DNA of 64,000 nucleotides from Lophium mytilinum (Eukaryota): NCBI GenBank assembly GCA_010093605.1, contig MU004190.1, positions 124,001 to 188,000 of the forward strand, read 5' to 3'. Shown piece by piece: positions 60,314 to 64,000 of this stretch (position 1 is its first letter; each line of letters starts with the position of its first letter). The notes under the pieces were generated by a model. It saw only the letters and a program-made list of their open reading frames with translations, ran no database searches and was not told where the DNA came from. The position numbers and the translations under genes were made by a program.

Positions 60314-60379
60314 GAGGCTGAGGATGTCGTGAATGGGTTGAGGTTGGTACTCCCAGCCTGAGTGCCCGAGGCATCATTT
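60314..60379 (+). repeat. Direct repeat, copy A (pairs with 62822-62888)
   Basis: GAGGCTGAGG.TGT-CGTGAATGGGTTGAGGTTG......CAGCCTGA.TGCC.GAGGCATCATTT. Confidence 0.85.
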
Positions 60380-60752
60380 TTGGCGACTTGGTTCTTAATC
60401 GCAGGGGGGAGCATGTAGACTTACGAGGAACTCTTCCCACTTTTTGCTTCTTGACCTCGCTCTTCATGTACATGCCAACACTAGAGTAATTATGGATTGA
60501 GGATACCTTTTCGTTATATCATGAGGCTTTCTATGCTTATGCCCACGCATTTCTAACGTAATTGTAGCATTAACATCACGGGGCTAAGAGAGAGTCCACC
60601 TTTAGTAGAAACTGGTATGCGACTAGCACTCCCTGTAACTATATCGTTGTGCATTTTACAGCAATTTTCCCGGTGGCAAGAAGGCAGTGTCTACCCGTTG
60701 AAAATTGTCCGATGTTGGTATTGTCATTGAACCGGTTATCCCGAGCGAGACT

Positions 60753-62693
60753 TCATACCAGAAGAATATCGTCCGCGTCGTCCCAATCCCATGTCACCAT
60801 TTCCCCAAACATAGCACCGCGTAAATAACACGTCTCTACAAATCGATATTCCTTTCCAGATACATGGCGAAGGATAACTGGCGTTTGGCAGCCCCGCAAA
60901 ATGAATATCTGGTCGCCCGGCATTGAACCAGACGCCAATCCGAGCAAGTAGTTTGTTGTGTGGAAAATCTTGCGTCCATGGGCAAAATGGGTAAAGGCTT
61001 GAATTCTAGAGACCAGAAGTTCGTTGTAGAGTGGTGCGCTTGACTGACTTTTTGGATTTTCTAGTTGATCGTACCCCTCGAGAAGTTCTTTCATGCGCGG
61101 CCAAGCGCTGCCGGGCAGACCCTCTAGTCCTTCGCTATTTGCTCTATCTGCCATGATCACTTCGAGTAAAGTTTCGCGCGTGATAAAGCTGTTGCCCAAT
61201 TTTGCATGGATTGTCTCGATGCGTGTGTCAAGATTAATGTACTGATAAAGGTCATTTACTGGGCAAAGTCTTTGAGACGAGAGATATCTGAAACGCGGGC
61301 TGAACACGTCAGCGATTGTTGTGATGCAGGTGCCGCGAACGTAGAGCTTGAGCGTGGACCCCGACTCAAGCCAAACATGCTTGACGGTCCTATCGAACCA
61401 CTCATGATGGACACTTGAGTCATCGGCACGCCAACTGCCCAAAGTGCTCGGAGTGTTGGAGCGCTGCACATACAGCTTCCGCAGCTTTGAAATCTTGTTC
61501 CATATTGGTACCCAGGACGGGACATTGGCCTGGCTATTGCCTGGTGTCCAATCTGTGCAGGCATTTCCTAGAATATCCAGGGTTTCGGACTCGCGGATCA
61601 TCGAGACGGCGGCTTGAATCAAGACCTGGCGAAATGGAAGTGCATAGTTCGCAGTGATTGTTATTCGCTTCGACCAGTCAAAGTCAGAGAACACCTCGAA
61701 TCCAGAGAACGCATATATTCGATCCCTCACGTCGGTTGCCTGCATGCTTGAAGCAAGGTTTGAGAGTAGCCGGCGAAAGTCAGAGAAGTTAAGACCGTAT
61801 ACATCGCGGCGACGACCGTGGGCCAGCCGCCATCTGGTTTCGTACATTTCTCGGAGTGTGTTCCAGCTACTGTCCTGCCGCAGGGCATGCCGGAGCGACC
61901 AAGGGCTTTGTTCGGAGAGGGCTGTCTTTGCTATGATGCGCAACGATTCTAGACTGAGTGCATGATTCCTCACTACAAAATCTGCTGATTTGGACATGGC
62001 TATTTCTTGGAAAACCCAAGCTCGAGTGAACCATTCATTTCGGAAGATGCGGATGAGAGCGCCGTGAGCCTCCGCAACGTCGGGCTGCTTGAAGGACTTG
62101 ATCAGCTTCTCTTGCAGAAGGTGCACTGTCTCCCTCTTCTTGGACGAGGCTTTGCAGATATCAATCAGCTCAATGAGGTAGCCGTCGATAGGTATGTCCC
62201 TAAGCCATACCAACACTCGCTCGCCGTGCCTGTAGATGTCCCCCATAATCTTCACCTGGTGGTTTCTCTCGTTGATAATGGTCTGGTTGATGCAAATTTG
62301 ATCGATCCACAGGTAACCGGTGCGGCAATGCCATGAAAGCCAGGGAATAGCTTCGGCAAGATTGCTATTGATGAGCATTGTTTTGAACTTCCCATTCACC
62401 CCAATCGATCCAAGATTGAGCTCGCATGCACGAGTAGCATCGCCCCAAACGTATGAGACCGTCTCGAAGGGCGGAGCCTTATGTAAGACGTGGTGTTCGA
62501 TGCTATATTCCCATGTTTCATCCGCAGATGATTTGGCGACTCGAAGAAGACGGATTTCGTTCGCGTGTAGAAGAGGGTCGAAAGTGTACCGCAAGGTTCG
62601 ACTTTGAGGGCTCGTAGAGGTAATGCTTTTGAGGGACTGTGAAGGCGACTCGAGAGTTTCGGAGGCTCGTCGCTTTCTCGAGGTCGTGGTCAT
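60753..62693 (-). CDS. HET-domain (Het-6-like) protein
   Basis: EIRLL, FETVSYVWG, LWIDQICINQ....ERNHQVKIMGDIY....VLVWL, WFTRAWVFQE, ATDVRDRIYA, PSWVP.W, PGDQIFILRGC.TPVILR....CYLRG.M.GE. Confidence 0.92.
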   Translation of the reverse strand: MTTTSRKRRASETLESPSQSLKSITSTSPQSRTLRYTFDPLLHANEIRLLRVAKSSADETWEYSIEHHVLHKAPPFETVSYVWGDATRACELNLGSIGVNGKFKTMLINSNLAEAIPWLSWHCRTGYLWIDQICINQTIINERNHQVKIMGDIYRHGERVLVWLRDIPIDGYLIELIDICKASSKKRETVHLLQEKLIKSFKQPDVAEAHGALIRIFRNEWFTRAWVFQEIAMSKSADFVVRNHALSLESLRIIAKTALSEQSPWSLRHALRQDSSWNTLREMYETRWRLAHGRRRDVYGLNFSDFRRLLSNLASSMQATDVRDRIYAFSGFEVFSDFDWSKRITITANYALPFRQVLIQAAVSMIRESETLDILGNACTDWTPGNSQANVPSWVPIWNKISKLRKLYVQRSNTPSTLGSWRADDSSVHHEWFDRTVKHVWLESGSTLKLYVRGTCITTIADVFSPRFRYLSSQRLCPVNDLYQYINLDTRIETIHAKLGNSFITRETLLEVIMADRANSEGLEGLPGSAWPRMKELLEGYDQLENPKSQSSAPLYNELLVSRIQAFTHFAHGRKIFHTTNYLLGLASGSMPGDQIFILRGCQTPVILRHVSGKEYRFVETCYLRGAMFGEMVTWDWDDADDILLV

Positions 62694-62821
62694 TGTGTTC
62701 GAAGATCGACAACGAAAGAGGTGTCGTGGGCGGTTCTGGTATAGCCTGGTGGGCTGGGAAAGAAGACATTGTAGAAGAGGGAGCCCGCACGCCCTGCATC
62801 GCGACGTTGGGAGAGGTGCAT

Positions 62822-62888
62822 GAGGCTGAGGCTGTGCGTGAATGGGTTGAGGTTGAGAGTGGCAGCCTGAATGCCTGAGGCATCATTT
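62822..62888 (+). repeat. Direct repeat, copy B (pairs with 60314-60379)
   Basis: Colinear ~67-bp match to copy A. Confidence 0.85.
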
Positions 62889-63608
62889 CGTGCACAGGCC
62901 ATCAACGCCATCCGCCCATCCTCGACTATAGGCATGCATCTTCATCGACAGAACTTTCCGATTGTGCAAACGAACAAAATGATTAGAGTAACTAGGTTTT
63001 AGTGTACGCGTGAGCTACAGACCCAATAATGCCGTTTCTAACCTTAGCCATCCCTCTTCTAACGTTCTTCTACTCTACCTCTAAATCCGCATCGCTATCC
63101 TCATCGTCATCAAGACTGTCCATCTTTCATCTCATTTCTTCTTTATCACTCTCAAACAATGTTCTTGCTTCAGTTATTGATGCGTTCACTATTCTTAGGT
63201 GCTCTGAACAGTCACGGGTCCTCGAGACATCTTCAGCTCCAGCGCCTCTCATGCAGCCTAGCGTAGCTTGCAGAAATCGGTTGCCTAGACTTGCCCTAAG
63301 CCTCAGCTCCCAACTCCTCAGAGCTACGATTTGCCATCAACGCTCAGCCAAGTCAAGAGCGGTGATAGTCCACAGTAATGGTGGACTTCAAGCTGACCCA
63401 ATCATGGGATACTGAATATGCGATTGCACCCGAGCTGAAGACACCAGGGTCTCCCGCAAGGTCGAGGCCCGGTCAAGCGAAAAGATGTCCTTAAAAAGCC
63501 GCGTATTCCTGCTTGGAGATTTAGAGCTGAAGTGAAGACTTCCCGCTCCAGATACTAGAGTGCGGTAAGGTACTTGAGCCTTTCTGTTCTATGATCTCGT
63601 ATGTTGTC

Positions 63609-64000
63609 ATGAACCAACTATCTCCTCCTAAAATCGCATTTCTCTTCCTATCACTCTTCGTGATATCAACAGTTGCGCCCGCCTTACAGAACTTCACGGT
63701 CCTACTCCCACCCGGTACCACCAACCATGGAAACCCCGAACTCTTATGCACTCCGCCTGGGTGGACCGACATTGCGACTTTCTACGTGGGCAACTACCTC
63801 ACCCATGCACTGACGGTGGTCCATATGCCAGGAGAAGAGACGCCAAGCTGGATCATAAATGCGCTCGCATCATTACTCTTCCCACCCTTTGGCCTGTACA
63901 GGGGACTTCGTGCGATTTGGACAAAAGCGGCCTTTGCAAAGAGCGATTTGCAGAAAGCGGCAAGATCGGGCGCGTTATGTATGGTGGTCCGGTCGAGCTC
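63609..64000 (+). CDS. Uncharacterised fungal membrane protein, 5' part (runs off the window)
   Basis: Manual translation, open to the window end: MNQLSPPKIAFLFLSLFVISTVAPA...PPGTTNHGNPELLCTPPGWTDIATFYVGNYLTHALTV..PGE......LLFPPFG.YRG......LQKAARSGALCMVVR. Confidence 0.75.
   Translation, partial: MNQLSPPKIAFLFLSLFVISTVAPALQNFTVLLPPGTTNHGNPELLCTPPGWTDIATFYVGNYLTHALTVVHMPGEETPSWIINALASLLFPPFGLYRGLRAIWTKAAFAKSDLQKAARSGALCMVVRSS

Noticed and set aside
63000..63420. Minus-strand stop-interrupted frame with an acidic patch
   Set aside because: May be a gene relic, but no family is recognisable and it is too weak to call.

Overview
Gene-dense 64 kb window from a filamentous ascomycete (Pezizomycotina-type short GT..AG introns with CTRAY branch points; the species cannot be determined). 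Conserved genes: ExgD-type GH5 glucanase, Ppc89/Cep57-like spindle pole body protein, GPI-anchored aspartic protease, purine nucleoside permease, DUF3824-type protein and an integral membrane protein. Accessory genes: three HET-domain genes, DUF6604, an edge-truncated RING protein, ASCH/PUA-like protein, RNase H-like protein lacking its first catalytic Asp, two Zn2Cys6 TFs, MFS, two SDRs, a bZIP/DUF3425 TF, HD hydrolase and ankyrin-ZZ protein, plus several pseudogenes. Most notable: (1) a decayed module at 54-59 kb (ankyrin-ZZ gene, beta-rich small protein, divergent relic resembling an S8 protease N-terminus) that may be a protease-activated cell-death/immunity locus; (2) a 17-bp motif repeated four times in the divergent SDR/bZIP-DUF3425 promoter; (3) two genes each bracketed by diverged direct repeats that duplicate a promoter segment; (4) a HET intron bounded by an 8-bp direct repeat; (5) a palindrome-containing intronic minisatellite. 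All family calls come from reading motifs by eye; no searches were run. No RNA genes, CRISPR arrays or intact transposons were seen.
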